A stretch of 64,000 nucleotides of DNA from Octopus vulgaris (Eukaryota). Of the stretch, positions 41,439-54,385 are shown piece after piece. The stretch covers positions 61,008,001-61,072,000 of the forward strand of contig OX597826.1 of the NCBI GenBank assembly GCA_951406725.2, given 5' to 3'. The position numbers were made by a program, and so were the translations under genes. The notes under the pieces were generated by a model. It was given only the letters and a program-made list of their open reading frames with translations, had not been told where the DNA came from and searched no databases. The stretch's first letter is position 1. Each line of letters begins with the position of its first letter.

Positions 41439-41660
41439 AAGGCGGCGAGCTGGCAGATTCGTTAGCACTCCGGACAAATTGCTTAGCGGCATTTCGTCCG
41501 TCTTTACGTTCTGAGTTCAAGTTCCGCCGGGGTTTGCTTTGCCTTTCATCCTTTTGGGGTCGATAAAATAAGTACCAATTGAGTACCAGCTGAACCCTGG
41601 GGCGGGGGTCGATATAATCGACTTGTCCCCTTGCCCGAAATTCTAAACCAATATTGAATG
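41439..41660 (+). mobile_element. SINE family A with TSD
   Basis: aaggcggcgagctggcag head; TSD aatatt(t/g)aatggact on both sides. Confidence 0.9.
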
Positions 41661-41768
41661 GACTAAGTATTTAGCCCTTTCAATATTAACCCGCCAGAAA
41701 CCACCGCTGGTTCTATGATACGAACCTCCTGTTTAAGATGATCTGAATTAAACCCTTCCTTTTAAATA

Positions 41769-42031
41769 GGGGTGGTGCGTGGCTTAGTGGTTAGGATGTT
41801 GGACTCATGAGCGTAAGATTGTGGTTTCGATTCCTGTTCCGGGCGACGCGTAGTATTCTTGAGCAAAACATTGCATTTCACGTTGCTCCAGTCCACTCCG
41901 CTTGCAAAAATGAGTAATCCTGCGACGGGCTTTCGTTCTATCCAGATTGAGAATTTGTATGCCATGAAACCGGGAAACCAGTCCTTATTAGTCGATATGA
42001 CCCGAGAAGGTAACTTTACCTTTACCTTTAC
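41769..42031 (+). mobile_element. SINE family C inserted into a piggyBac-like MITE
   Basis: Homologous to 17571-17822; (ctttac)n tail. Confidence 0.9.
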
Positions 42032-43025
42032 TTCTAATGTAGATATTAGGTTTATTTATGATCTAAACACCAGCTTAATAGTGACGAAGTCATTTTAATA
42101 AATTATCTCTTCATATTGGAAAGTTATTGAAACAGCGGAAATGTATTTCAACAGAAAAATGCTAACAAAGTGTCGACTTTAGAGCAATATGCAACAAGTG
42201 TCGACTCTACAGTAAGCTAAGAAAGAATAATTAATTAATCAAAATAGTTTCACCACGGAGGTGAGCAATGGAAGGTTTAACTGTAAGGGCAAGAAGTGAC
42301 GGAGGAGTGATGAGATAAAGTATGCTATTATGCAAACACACACAAATACAGTGGGAAAGAGAGAGAGAGGGGGGAGACAGTGAGAGAGACATATAGTAAT
42401 GGGATCAGTGGATCATGGTTCATGGGAGAAATGACATGGTTGATGAATGTGGCACCTGTATCGAAGGTAAGACGGTAGCGGAAAGATCGGGAGAGAGGAG
42501 TATGAATCAAAAATTGTGTGAGGACAACTAGAAGAAGGTGTTTGTGTAGAAAAGTAAACAGTGGAGGTCAGAAGTAATAAGAGAAACACAGAGGATAGAT
42601 ACAGGAGAGGGAAAGACAGATTGAGGGGCAGAGAGAGTACATTCAGAGATAGACAGAGAAGCTGATAGAGAGAGAGAGAGAGAGAGGGAAGTGCAGAGAT
42701 TGGAAGACAGAGAGAGAGAGAGAGAGAGAGATGAGACAGCTAGAGATAGAGAGATAGGTATGGTTGAACATGAAGTGAATGAGAGGTGATTTGAAAGATG
42801 AAAGTTGTAAGACCAAAAAAAAAAATTCTGTTTTTTCTGTTTGACTGAAGAAGTTTTTTTTTCTTTTCTTCTATTAAAAAATCACTTTAAAATCTCAAAA
42901 ATCTGAAGTTAGATTTCATTAGATTGACTTTCTAGGGAATATATTTTTTTTTTCATTTATGGTTTTATATAATTTTTTTCTATTTTATCTTATTCTTCTT
43001 TTTTTATTTATTATTATTATTATAA

Positions 43026-43068
<43 letters not shown>

Positions 43069-43112
43069 CATTATTATTATTAATATTATTATTATTATTA
43101 TTATTATTATTA

Positions 43113-43147
<35 letters not shown>

Positions 43148-43253
43148 ATTATTATTACTATTATTATTATTATTATTATCATCATCATTATTGTTATTAT
43201 TATTATTATTATCATCATCATCATTATTATTATTATTATTATCATCATCCTCA

Positions 43254-43329
<76 letters not shown>

Positions 43330-43705
43330 CTTTTGTTTTGCAGAACAGTTTAACATTCGTGTCGTCTTTGTTTTATTTCTAATGACTTGTTTTTTTCTGT
43401 CGTTGTCATCGCTGTTTTCTTGATGTTGTTTCTGTTGTTGTTATAGTTCCTGACAGTGTTTTTTTTTTCTCTCCTTTGTTAACGTTGCCGTCCTTTGGTT
43501 TTTATTGTTGTTTTTTTTTTTTATTGAAGTTGTCCAAACCGTTTTTGTTGTACATGTCCTCATTCTGCCTTTTATCCTTCTTCTTTTACTTCCTCGTTCC
43601 CTTTGCATCCTCATTACCATTTTCTTCTATCTCTTTTTCTTCCTCTATTTGTAATTTTTCATTTTTATTTTAAAATATTCTCCTCCTCCTCATCATCATC
43701 ATCAA

Positions 43706-43746
<41 letters not shown>

Positions 43747-44057
43747 CTATCTTCCTTATCATTTCCTCATTTTCTCTTTCTCATACCTCTCATTTTCCAC
43801 ATCCTCCTCTTTCTACTTTCCTCCGTTTTCCCCATCCTCCTCCACCTTCTAACTATTCTCCTCTTCCTTCTACCCATCACCTTCCTCCTACTTCTTATTG
43901 TCTGTTAAAATCTCACATACCAATAATTACTTTAAAAACAATAAACTTAACTATAATTTACTTCTTCCCACATCAAACCTTCCCCCTCATATTATTATTG
44001 TCTTCTTTTTCTATCTCTATCTCTTCTTTCCCCATCTTTCCTTCCTCTCTCTCTCCC

Positions 44058-44101
<44 letters not shown>

Positions 44102-44651
44102 CTTTTCTTTCCCTAATTTCGACTCCTAGATACTTATTTTTTATCATCATTCACTCTCATTCGACCTCTCTCTATATCTGTTTTTCTGGTCTGTCACTTT
44201 TACTGGCTCTCTATCTATCTCTCTATCATAAAACGTTGCTACGGTTGCTGCTTGTGTTGTTGTTATTGTCGTTGTTATTGCTTCATAGTTGTTATTCTTG
44301 TTTTCGATCCTTACTGCTGCTGTTTATGCTATGTTGTTATGCTTCAAGTTGTTATTCTTGGTGTGAGTATTGTTATGGCGCTTGTTGTTTGCTATTTTTC
44401 TGTTTTAACCTTCTTTAATTCTAAGATTTTATTTTCTCCTGACCACAATACGCGCAAGCATGTCAGTCTGGATCTCGGTCAAGTCCCACTGTGCAGCCCT
44501 TTTTTGGACAAGTGTCTTGTACCATAGTTCCAGGCAAACCACAGCTTCGAGGTAAATTTATTAAACAGAAACTGAAAGGGAAGAAGCACGTCATATGTGT
44601 ATGTGTATGTATGTGTGTGCTTGTGAGAGTGTTGGTACGTGTGTGAGTGTG

Positions 44652-44912
44652 TTAAGTTAAGTTAATTTTTTGGCTCAAAAAGGCAAAAAGCAAGGCCATG
44701 TAGGGGGACATGGAGTTATGTACAGGGTGGTGTTCATGCTAAGAGTTCAGGCCATTTCTGATCAAGAGAGACTTTGAACCGAGCGGTCGTCGGCATCTTC
44801 ACTATCTCGTCCGGCAGCTTATTCCACGGATCCGCAACCCGAACGGAGAAAGCCCCTCTCCTTCGATTGAGATGAAATCGTCACAGATAGAGCTTTTCGG
44901 AGTGACCCCGAG
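44652..44912 (-). mobile_element. CR1 3' end nested in the microsatellite of a SINE family B copy (~44455-45140)
   Basis: Reverse complement of the 1610-1860 family (gcaaggccatgtagggggacatggagtta); family B halves lie on both sides. Confidence 0.85.
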
Positions 44913-45379
44913 TGTGTGTGTGTGTGAGCGTGTGCGTAAGTGTGTGTTTGGCCCACCACCGCTTCAAAACTGGTATTGGTTTCTTTACACTCTCTAACTT
45001 AGCGGTTCGGCAAAAGAAAATGATAGAGTATGACCATACTTTAAAAGATATATATCCAGGTCGATTTGTTTGACTAAACCCTTTTTTTGGCTGTCTTCCA
45101 GCATGGCCATAGACCAATGACTGAAAGAAGTAAAAGATGAAAGAAATGTTGCAACACGCATGTTTTTCATTGTTTTAAAGGAGAATCTACCTAATTGGTC
45201 GTGACCTAACTGGAGCACAGCCACAGAGTTTGAGAATATGGTGTATTCAGTAATATATATCCAAGCAATAAAATGGTACATTGTTTTATCAATATCCGAG
45301 AGAAATAAAAGGAATGTATTTTCCGGCAGAATTCAAAATATAATGTGATGCGGATTCTACCGATTCTGCCACTCGGTTA

Positions 45380-46200
45380 TTCTATGATCAACCTACCATT
45401 TTGTAACTAATCTTCCATTCGGTGACCAATTATTCAGCCTGTCTCCAGTCTATCACCTTGTGACCAGCATACCACTCTGTAACAAGTCTATCGCTCGGTG
45501 ACCAATCGACCACCCGGTGACCAATCGAAACCCCTGTGATCAATCGACCGCACTGTGAACAATCGACCACACTGTGACCAATCGATCACACTGTGAACAA
45601 TCGACCGCACTGTGACCAATCGACCATCCTGTGACCAATCGACCCCACTGTGACCAATCGACCCCACTGTGACCAATCGACCACCCTGTGACCAACCGAC
45701 CACACTGTGACCAATCGACTGCACTGTGACCAATCAATCACACTGTGACCAATCGACCACACTTTGACCAATCGACCACACTGTGACCAATCGACCGCAC
45801 TGTGACCAATCGATCACACTGTGACCAATCGACCACACTGTGACCAATCGATCACCCTGTGACCAATCGATAACACTGTGACCAATCGACCACACTGTGA
45901 CCAATCGACCACACTGTGACCAATCGACCACACCGTGACCAATCGACAACTCTGTGGTTATTCTACCGCTCTGTAACTATTTCTGTGACTAATTTACTGT
46001 TCTATGACTAATCTGCCGCTCTGTGATCAGTCTACCGCACTGTGATCAAGTTAATGTTTTGTGTCCACTCTACTATTCTGTGACCATTCCACCAGCTTTG
46101 TCTCCAATCCACCTCTCTAGACTTGTCAGTCACTCTACAATTTGTCCACCTCTTTATGATCAATCATCCACTCTTTAACCAGTCCACCATTCCATGATTA
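45380..46200. repeat. 19-bp minisatellite (gtgaccaatcgaccacact)n
   Basis: Period 19 (e.g. tgaccaatcg at 45841 and 45860); homogeneous core ~45495-45950 with decayed flanks. Confidence 0.95.
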
Positions 46201-46439
46201 ATTTATTTCTTAAGGCACAATCCGTCATCCTATAATCTAACAATCTACATCCAATTAGCCAAATTAGCATTAATCAAAGCTACCTTCAGTTTTTATGTCG
46301 AATCCATCTTGGAGTATTTAATTAGTAACATCGATGTCAATCACAGAGCATTCTGGTACCTAGACGATCTGCTGGAAATAGCAGACTACAATAGTATGCT
46401 GTCATCTTTGTTGTTCAGCTTGGCTGTTCAGCTTGGCTG

Positions 46440-46542
46440 TTCAACTTGTTAAAAGAATATATCAGTTTGTCCGCCGTCACACGCTCCAAGAATATATTTT
46501 TTAAAGAATTGGTGCCAGAAAATCCCATGCCTGTTGAAAGAA

Positions 46543-46606
<64 letters not shown>

Positions 46607-48895
46607 CGATGATGATGACGACGACGACGATGACGATGACGATGATGATGATGATGATGATGATGAGGAGGAGGAGGAGGAGGAGGAGGAGGAGGATCTG
46701 GCATAATTGGATTTTAAAGAATCCAGATTAGTATCCGGATAAAGTTCGGGAGGGACGGTCACAAGCACTGTTGGAATTTCTCGAATCTTGTCAGACAGGA
46801 AATAGGAAAAGCCTTAAAACCTGTAAAAAAAAAAAGAGCTGGAATAACCTTACGAATTCCCAACGTAGCACACTCTGTCGCCTACCAAACAATGATTCTA
46901 TTGTTATTAGAATGGCGGATAAAGGAGGAGCTATTGTAATTATGGACAAGGACAGAGTACATTTCAGCTTTTGAAGAAGTTTTAAGTGAAAAAATCTTCT
47001 TATGAAGAACTACCTGTAGATCCAAACCCCAAATACAGAGAGGAACGTGATAATATAATTTTGGAAATGGAGGAAAAAATCTCATAAATGACACGTAATC
47101 TAAGCTATTACGTTCGCAAAGAAAACCTGTATTTTACGGTCTTCCAAAAATACATAACAATTTCGAAAAATTTCCTCCATTGCACCCAATTTGCAGTGAG
47201 TATGAATATTGCACTGCAAAAATTTCGGAATGGCTGGATGGCTTTCTTCTCCCAGTAGCTAAAAGGTCAAGTTCCTACATTCGGGATACTTTTGATTTTG
47301 TTTGCAAATTGAACAAAATTACAAAGTAACACAATGAAGTTTGGAGAAAAAATTTTCCATCAGAAGAAGAGATGCACCATGGGTACCCCTATGGCAGTTA
47401 ATTTCGCAAATGTCTTCATGGCAAAATGTGAAACGCAGTTAATGGATACATTCAAATCCCTGCATGGTTATGAACATATATTCTGGTTACAGTTCATTGA
47501 CGATGTATTTTTTGTCTGGGAACGAACACAGGGTAGTTTAGTCAAATTTTTACATTTCTGTGACTACTTCGCTTTAAGTCCAAAATAAAATTCACGTCGA
47601 GCTTTTCAAAAGCTAGCGTCCAATTTTTGGACACAAAAGGCAAGTTTTCGGAAAGTCGAATAGTCGCAGAATTATTTTGCAAACCCACGTCATCCCATAT
47701 TTATCTCCACCGCCGCTCTGATCAACCACATCATACAATCAGATCATATCTGAAGTCCCAGTTTTAGCACAAACATTGGGGATTATTGGAAACATACAAA
47801 TACTTTTTTATGCCATTATATAAAGCGCGGTTATAGTGAATCAAGGAAATCGCGAATGACATAGCTGAAATTAGTAGTGATAATCAAACATTTACGCCTA
47901 ATTTTAGCAGTCAGAAAAGAGCTCAAGGCCGAATTCCATTAGTGATTAACTGGCACCGAAGTTTCGCTGGCATTTCAAAAGTGTTGCAGGACAGTTACCA
48001 ACATGTTTCAGAAAAATATCCTCATTTCCGACAAATATTTCCTCTTCCGCCTATTGAAGCTTTTAAGCGTAACAGAAATATTAGAGAAATATTGAGCAAG
48101 TACCTCTAATAAAAACTCCATTAGAGTTTCGGAACTCTACACCCCCAAACACACCCATAAGAGAGGTAAGCCCTGTTTGCTGTGCAATAACATGAATCAG
48201 ATAACATGAGTCAAGAATTAAAACAGAAATGTTATCATTTACACAGAAGGAGGGACCTGTAAAGATTCCCATTTGAGGTATACAGCGGAATGCACCAAAC
48301 GCAAAATCATTTATGTTGGTTGCACAACAGAACAATTGCAAAAAAGATTAAACGGACATAGGTACGACGTCAGGCACAATAACAGTGGTTCCACGGAACT
48401 TGTGGAACATTTCACATCAAACAGGTGTAAATTTGAGGAGGACCTGAAGGTGCACATTCTCAAAAAATACCCTCACTCCACTGCACTTTCAGTCCCCAAA
48501 ACCCATGAGGATAGATATATTTGTGAGCTGTTGACATCTCAGCCTGGAGGAATTAATAAAATGACAGGTGAATTCCACCATAATTACACTAAATTTTTTG
48601 ACTGAATAAGTCTTTTCCTCCAATTCTTTTCTTTCTTCTTGTTTCTTTTTCTTTCCTTCCTTCCTTCCTTCCTTCAGCTACCAAAAACTGATGATGTTGT
48701 TTTACTTGGAAAGAAACGCAATTATTCTGGTTTCAGTTTGAATGTTTCAGCGTTTCCTATCTTTAAATTTCATTTCACTTTATATTTTGAACTTCTAAAA
48801 GACACACGGTGTGTCGAAATATTGTTCGGCCAATAAAATATCTATTGCAATCGCATCATGCTCTTCGTCTTGTCTGTTTACCCTTTTAAAATATA
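46440..48895 (+). mobile_element. Penelope-like retroelement (RT plus C-terminal GIY-YIG endonuclease), pseudogenised, with 3' pLTR-like region
   Basis: YQFVRRHTLQEY, RMADKGGAIVIMDK, PVFYGLPKIH, SYIRDTFDF, TMGTPMAVNFANVFM, FIDDVFFVW, IIYVGCTTEQLQKRLNGHR...PGGINK; frameshifts, stops and loss of RT motif A. Confidence 0.93.
48788..48828 (+). ncRNA. Hammerhead-like motif in the PLE 3' end
   Basis: tgaac TTCTAAA a gacaca cgg tgtgtc GAAA ta TT gttcg; same scaffold as 23393-23433; a decayed CTGATGA...GAAA lies upstream at ~48688-48730. Confidence 0.5.
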
Positions 48896-49056
48896 ATAAT
48901 AATGATAATGATAATAATAATCCTTTCTACTAAAGGCAAAATGCCTGAAATGTTTTTGATGGGGTGATTAGTCGATTACCTCGACACCAGTGTTTCACTG
49001 GTACTAAATTTATCGATGCCGCGATGATGGATTTGCAAAGTCGACCTCAGCGGAAT

Positions 49057-49124
<68 letters not shown>

Positions 49125-49530
49125 GCTTACTGGCAGATATTGCAGTCCCTTCTGACCAAAATATTACCCAACTACTTACTGATAAATATTACAGTCCCTT
49201 CTTACCAAAATGTTGCCCGAAAAGAAATGGAGAAATTGTCAAATTACAAAGACCTTGAAATTGAAATGTTCAATATATGGGACATGAAGGTGAAAGCAAT
49301 ACCTGTAATACATGGATCACTGAGAATGATAAAAAAAACATATGAACAAAAATGCAGAAGCTATACCTGGACCCTCAGCACTACAAATTATCCCAAAAAT
49401 AGCCCTGAAGGAACTGCTCACATCCTACACAAGACACTATCAATTCAATAATGCAACCCAAATAAAACAACCCACAAATACAAGAGACACCCAACGCACG
49501 CATTACTCACAGAATACACAATACAAACAT
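49125..49530 (+). mobile_element. R4/Dong-like LINE 3' remnant
   Basis: LLINITVPSYQNVARKEMEKLSNYKDLEIEM..WDMKVKAIPVI.G.L...GTAHILHKTLSIQ. Confidence 0.8.
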
Positions 49531-49681
49531 TGGCCGTGTGGTAAGTAACTCGCTTACGAACCACATGATTCCGGGTTCAGTCCTATTGTGTGGCACCTTG
49601 AACAAGTGCCTGCTACTATAGCCTCGGGCCGATCAAAGCCTTGTGAGTGGATTCGGTAGGCGGAAACTGAAAGAAATCCGT

Positions 49682-49734
<53 letters not shown>

Positions 49735-49968
49735 ATGTGTGTGTGTGTGTGTGTGTGTGTATACGTTCGTGTGTCTGTGTTTGTCACTCCAACATCGCTT
49801 GACAACCGATGCTGGCGTGTTACGTCCCCGTAACTTAGCGGTTTGGCAAAAGAAATCGATAGAATAACTACTAGGCTTACAAAGAATACGTCCTGGGGTC
49901 GATTTGCTCGACTAAAGGCAGTGCTCCAGCATTGCCGCAATCAAATAACTGAAACAAACGTATAAAGA
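49531..49968 (+). mobile_element. SINE family B
   Basis: Homology to 62230-62690 including the internal (TA)(TG) tract. Confidence 0.9.
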
Positions 49969-50329
49969 GTAATATAATACCGGGAAGAGTTTCCCAACAA
50001 CAAAAAAGAACATGCAATGCTGCACACACCCCGGCAATACGGAGGTGTGGCAGGTGATGCTGTAGAAATTTACCTGAAACTACCAAATGTGCGAAACTAT
50101 AAGTAAATTTACTTTGTGAAATTAATTCTCAATTTCTTCAATTGTCTCCCTTTTATCTGTTGTCACTAGAAATTATCGGTAAATTTTTGCTTCGTTTCTT
50201 TAGCTGAGAAAGAAATTTGCTACTTAAAGGGTTGTTTTACGAGGAAAAAGTATAACCTTTAATAATTCACTTAACTCATTCAATTGCAATCTGCATATGG
50301 GGGCTGCTTCCCTATCAATAACATTATCT

Positions 50330-50760
50330 GTCATTCCACTGCTCTGGCTGACTTTCCCCTACGCTACCTATTTTTCCACTACGCTGCTTGTCTCTCCATG
50401 ACGCTGCCCATCTTTCCACTACGCTGCTTGTCTTTCCACTACGCAGCAAATCTTTATACTGCGTCGCCTGTATTTCCTTCGTGCTTCCTGTCTTCCCTTG
50501 ATGCTGCATGTCTTTCCACTGACTTGTTGCCTATGTTTCTATAATGCTGTACGTCTTTCTACTGCGCTGCCTGTCTTTACACGACGCTGCCTGTCTTTAC
50601 ACAACGCTGCCTGTCTTTTCACTGCGCTTTCTGTCTTTTCTTTGAGTTTCCTGTCTTTCCATGATGCTACCTGTCTTTCACTGCGCTGTCTGTTTTTCCA
50701 CTGCGCTGCCTGACTTTCCACGACGCCACCGGTCTTCCCACGGCGTAGCCTGTATCACAT
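50330..50760. repeat. Degenerate 20-bp minisatellite (acgctgcctgtctttccact)n
   Basis: Period 20 visible (tctttccact at 50411 and 50431). Confidence 0.85.
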
Positions 50761-50829
50761 CGACACCGCTACTATCCACTATCTGATAATATCTTATAAT
50801 CTCTTTACTTTCAGTCACAGCATCGATTG

Positions 50830-51090
50830 TATCATTTTTAAATCTTCTAACAAAAGAAACAGAGACGATTATCAAATATGGCGTCGTGAAGATGGAGTTC
50901 AAATGAATGCATAATACTAAAATAATTATAGTACCAGTTGTTATAATTGAAGCTCTCGGCACCTTCAAAAGAGAATACAACAGACATTAACATCTCTAAC
51001 AGCTACCAGGCAAACAATGGTCGAAACACTTGCAGAAAATTTCACTCTTAACAAGTGCTTACATTTTAAGAAAGTTCCTCGTGTAAAATA
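50830..51090 (+). mobile_element. Decayed R4/Dong-like LINE C-terminus
   Basis: IIIVPVVIIEALGTF motif similar to the other copies. Confidence 0.55.
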
Positions 51091-51637
51091 ATGCTTTTGT
51101 TGAAAGCAAGTAACTTTAATGTGGTTATTTATATTTTTTTAAAGACACGGTTAGTTTATAAAGATTGGTTTAAATGTCATGAAATGTTAACAGCGAAAGT
51201 AACAGTTATCATAATTATAGTAAAGTTTATTAACAACATACAAACAGCATTAGCAAACTTCTCATTGTCATTATCATTGAAATGATAATTATTAGCATGA
51301 AGGAAAACATCGCAGTCATAAATAACAACAGCGTAGGTATCAAACATCGGCAAGAATGCAGCCGTCATCATCATCATCATCATTGCTATCGTTTTTCCCC
51401 ATCATCTGCCATTATCATCCTCCTCTTCTTTAGCGTCATTGTCGTCATCATTGTCATCGTCATCGCCATCGCCATCGTCATCATCATCATCATCATTATC
51501 GCAAATCATTATCATTTCGGGTAAACGCTTGTATTACTGGGTGGCGGCTGCCGTTCTGTCTTTGAATGCAAGAATCGATGTTTCATCGGGAGGTGAAGCA
51601 GCTCTGCTGGCGTTTCGGTCCCATCATTACCATCATC

Positions 51638-51695
<58 letters not shown>

Positions 51696-51833
51696 CCACC
51701 ACCACCACCACCATTATCATCAGCATCCTCAGAAGCAGCAGCATCTTCCTCGTCACCATCAACGAGATCGCTATCATCATCATCATCATCATCATCACCA
51801 TCACCATCATCATCATCATCGTCGTCGTCGTCG

Positions 51834-51873
<40 letters not shown>

Positions 51874-53251
51874 TGTCATCATCATCATCGTCGTCATCAT
51901 CAACATTATCATCAGCGCCCGCAGAAGCAGCAACAGCATCGTCATCACCATCGAGATCGTTGTCAACAGCATCATCATCATCATCATCATCATCATCAGA
52001 AAATACATAAACAATACCACCTTCCATCATCATCATCATCATCAATATCGTGATCATCAACCGCCATTGCTGCCATTGCTATCGATAACAAAGTAGCAAG
52101 AAAAAAGCCAACATCACCATCACTACCACCAACATCAGCATCACATCAAGAAACAACATCACCATTCTCGTTATTATCAACAGCTACAGCAAAAACAACA
52201 ACAACAACAACAACATTAGGACCAACAATAACAACAACAACACCAAAAACACTACAACCACCACCAATAACAACAACAACAACAGCAACCCAAGAGAACT
52301 GTGTGTGTGAAATCTTTTCTATCCGGAGGCTGTGTTGATAATAACGTTTAAAGGAACTTTTTTTCTTATTTTTCTTTTGTTATGATTGTTTGTTTTGGTA
52401 TATATATGTCCATGTGTGTGCATGTGTGTGTTTGCGCATGTGTGTGCTCACGCGCGTATAGTATGTGCATGTACGTGCGTGTATATTTGTTTATGTATGT
52501 GTAAACGTTTGTGCATGTGTGTCTATGCATATGTGTGTGAATGTATGTTTGTGTGTGTGTGTTCGTCTGTGTGTGTTTGTATGCGTATGTTTGTGTATAT
52601 TTGTGTGTGTGTGTGTGTATGTTTGTGTGTGTATGTGTATGTCTGTGTGTGTATATTTGTGTGTGTGTATGTTTGTGTGTGTATGTTTGTGTGTGTATGT
52701 TTGTGTGTCTATGTGTATGCCTGTGTGTGTATGTTTGTGTATAAATGTGTGTTTGCGTGTGAACGTGCGTATTAAGAATAAATAATTATGTTTGTGTCTA
52801 TGTGTGTCTGATTGTGTATGTAGTTGTGTTTATGTATGTTTGTGTGTACGTGTGTGTGAATGATTATGTATGTATGTGTGTATGCCTGTGTTTGATTGTG
52901 TATGTATATATGTGTGTATAATTGTGTATGTAGTTGTGTGTATGATTGCGTATGTAGGTGTGTGTATGTGTGTATGTATGTAGCTATATGTATGTGTGTA
53001 TATGAAATTGTACGTGGTTGAGTGTATGCATGTATAAATGTGTATGCAGCTATGTATATGTAGTCTTATGTATGTGTGTATATGAGTGTGTATATAGGTG
53101 TGTGCCCGTGTGTTTAGTTGTTTGCGTATATATCTGTATGTACGTTTTTGCGCATGTTGTGTATGTACATTTGTGTGTGTAATTAGTTCTATATGTTTAT
53201 GTACATTAGCTGTATGTATAAGGATGCGTAAATGCGTATAAACACATGTCG

Positions 53252-53640
53252 TGGCACTCCGTCGGTTACGACGACGAGTGTTCCAGTTGATCCGATCAAC
53301 AGAACAGCCTGCTCCTGAAATCAACGTGCAAGAAACTGAGCACTCCACAGACACGTGTACCGTTAAGGTAGTTCCCGGGGGAAATTAAGCGCGTGACACA
53401 GTGTGTGACAAGGCTGGCCCTTTGAAATACAGGTACAACAGAAACACAGGTACAAAGAAAGAGTGAGAGAAAGTCGTGGTGAAAGAGTATAGCAGGGTTC
53501 GCCACCAGCCCCTGCCGGAACCACGCGGAGCTTTAGGTGTTTTCGCTCAATAAACACTCACAACGCCCGGTCTGGGAATCGAAACCACGATCCTACGATC
53601 GCGAGTTCGCTGACCTAAACACTGGGCCATTGCGCCTCTA
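53252..53640 (-). mobile_element. tRNA-derived SINE family D
   Basis: Head aggcgcaatggcccagtg...ggtttcgattcccagacc; tail gttgatcggatcaactggaa...cgtaaccgacggagtgcca. Confidence 0.9.
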
Positions 53641-53743
53641 CAATTTGTATATATGTACGCGTGTATATATGTGCCTGTAAATATCTATATCGTATATGTG
53701 TACATGCGTATTTTTCTGTGCATATGTGTATGCATAGTGTGTT

Positions 53744-53834
<91 letters not shown>

Positions 53835-54040
53835 TGTATAGATGTGTAGCTATATATGCGTATATATTTTTGTGTGTGTATATATGAGTGTTAATCGGTA
53901 TATGTATATGTATATGTATATGTATGTATGCATTTATATGTATGTAATTATGTATATGTATGCCTGCTTATTTAGCGTATGCCTCTGCACATGCTTGTCT
54001 ATATGTGCGTGTGTATGTGTTCATGTGTGCGTATGTTCGT

Positions 54041-54385
54041 GACGCAGGTGTGGCTGTATGGTAAAAATCTTGCTTCCGGGTTCAGTCCCACTGCATGGCA
54101 CCTTGGGTAAGTGTCTTCTGTCACAGCCTCGAGCCGATCAAAGCCCTGTGAGTGGTTTTGGTAGACGGAAACTGAAAGAAGCCCGTCGTATGTGTGTGTG
54201 CATGCGTGTGTGTGTGTGTGTGTGCGTGTGCGTGTGTAAGTATATAAAACAAGCACCAGGGTTTAGAAAGAAATGACAAACACTGGAATCGATTCGTCCG
54301 GCTACAGTTTCTTCAAGAAGGTGCCCCAGCATGGCCATAGCCTCATAGTCTCATGACTGAAACAAGTAAAAGAAAAAAAAGATAA
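54041..54385 (+). mobile_element. SINE family B (internally deleted)
   Basis: ccgggttcagtcccactg...accttgggtaagtgtcttc...gaaagaagcccgtcg. Confidence 0.85.

Noticed and set aside
45495-45950. CRISPR-like regular repeat
   Set aside because: Units are directly adjacent with no unique spacers, the context is eukaryotic and there are no cas genes; it is a minisatellite.
48273-48605. GIY-YIG ORF as a stand-alone or domesticated nuclease gene
   Set aside because: It is the C-terminal part of the frameshifted PLE ORF, lacks an ATG start and is truncated at the first motif.
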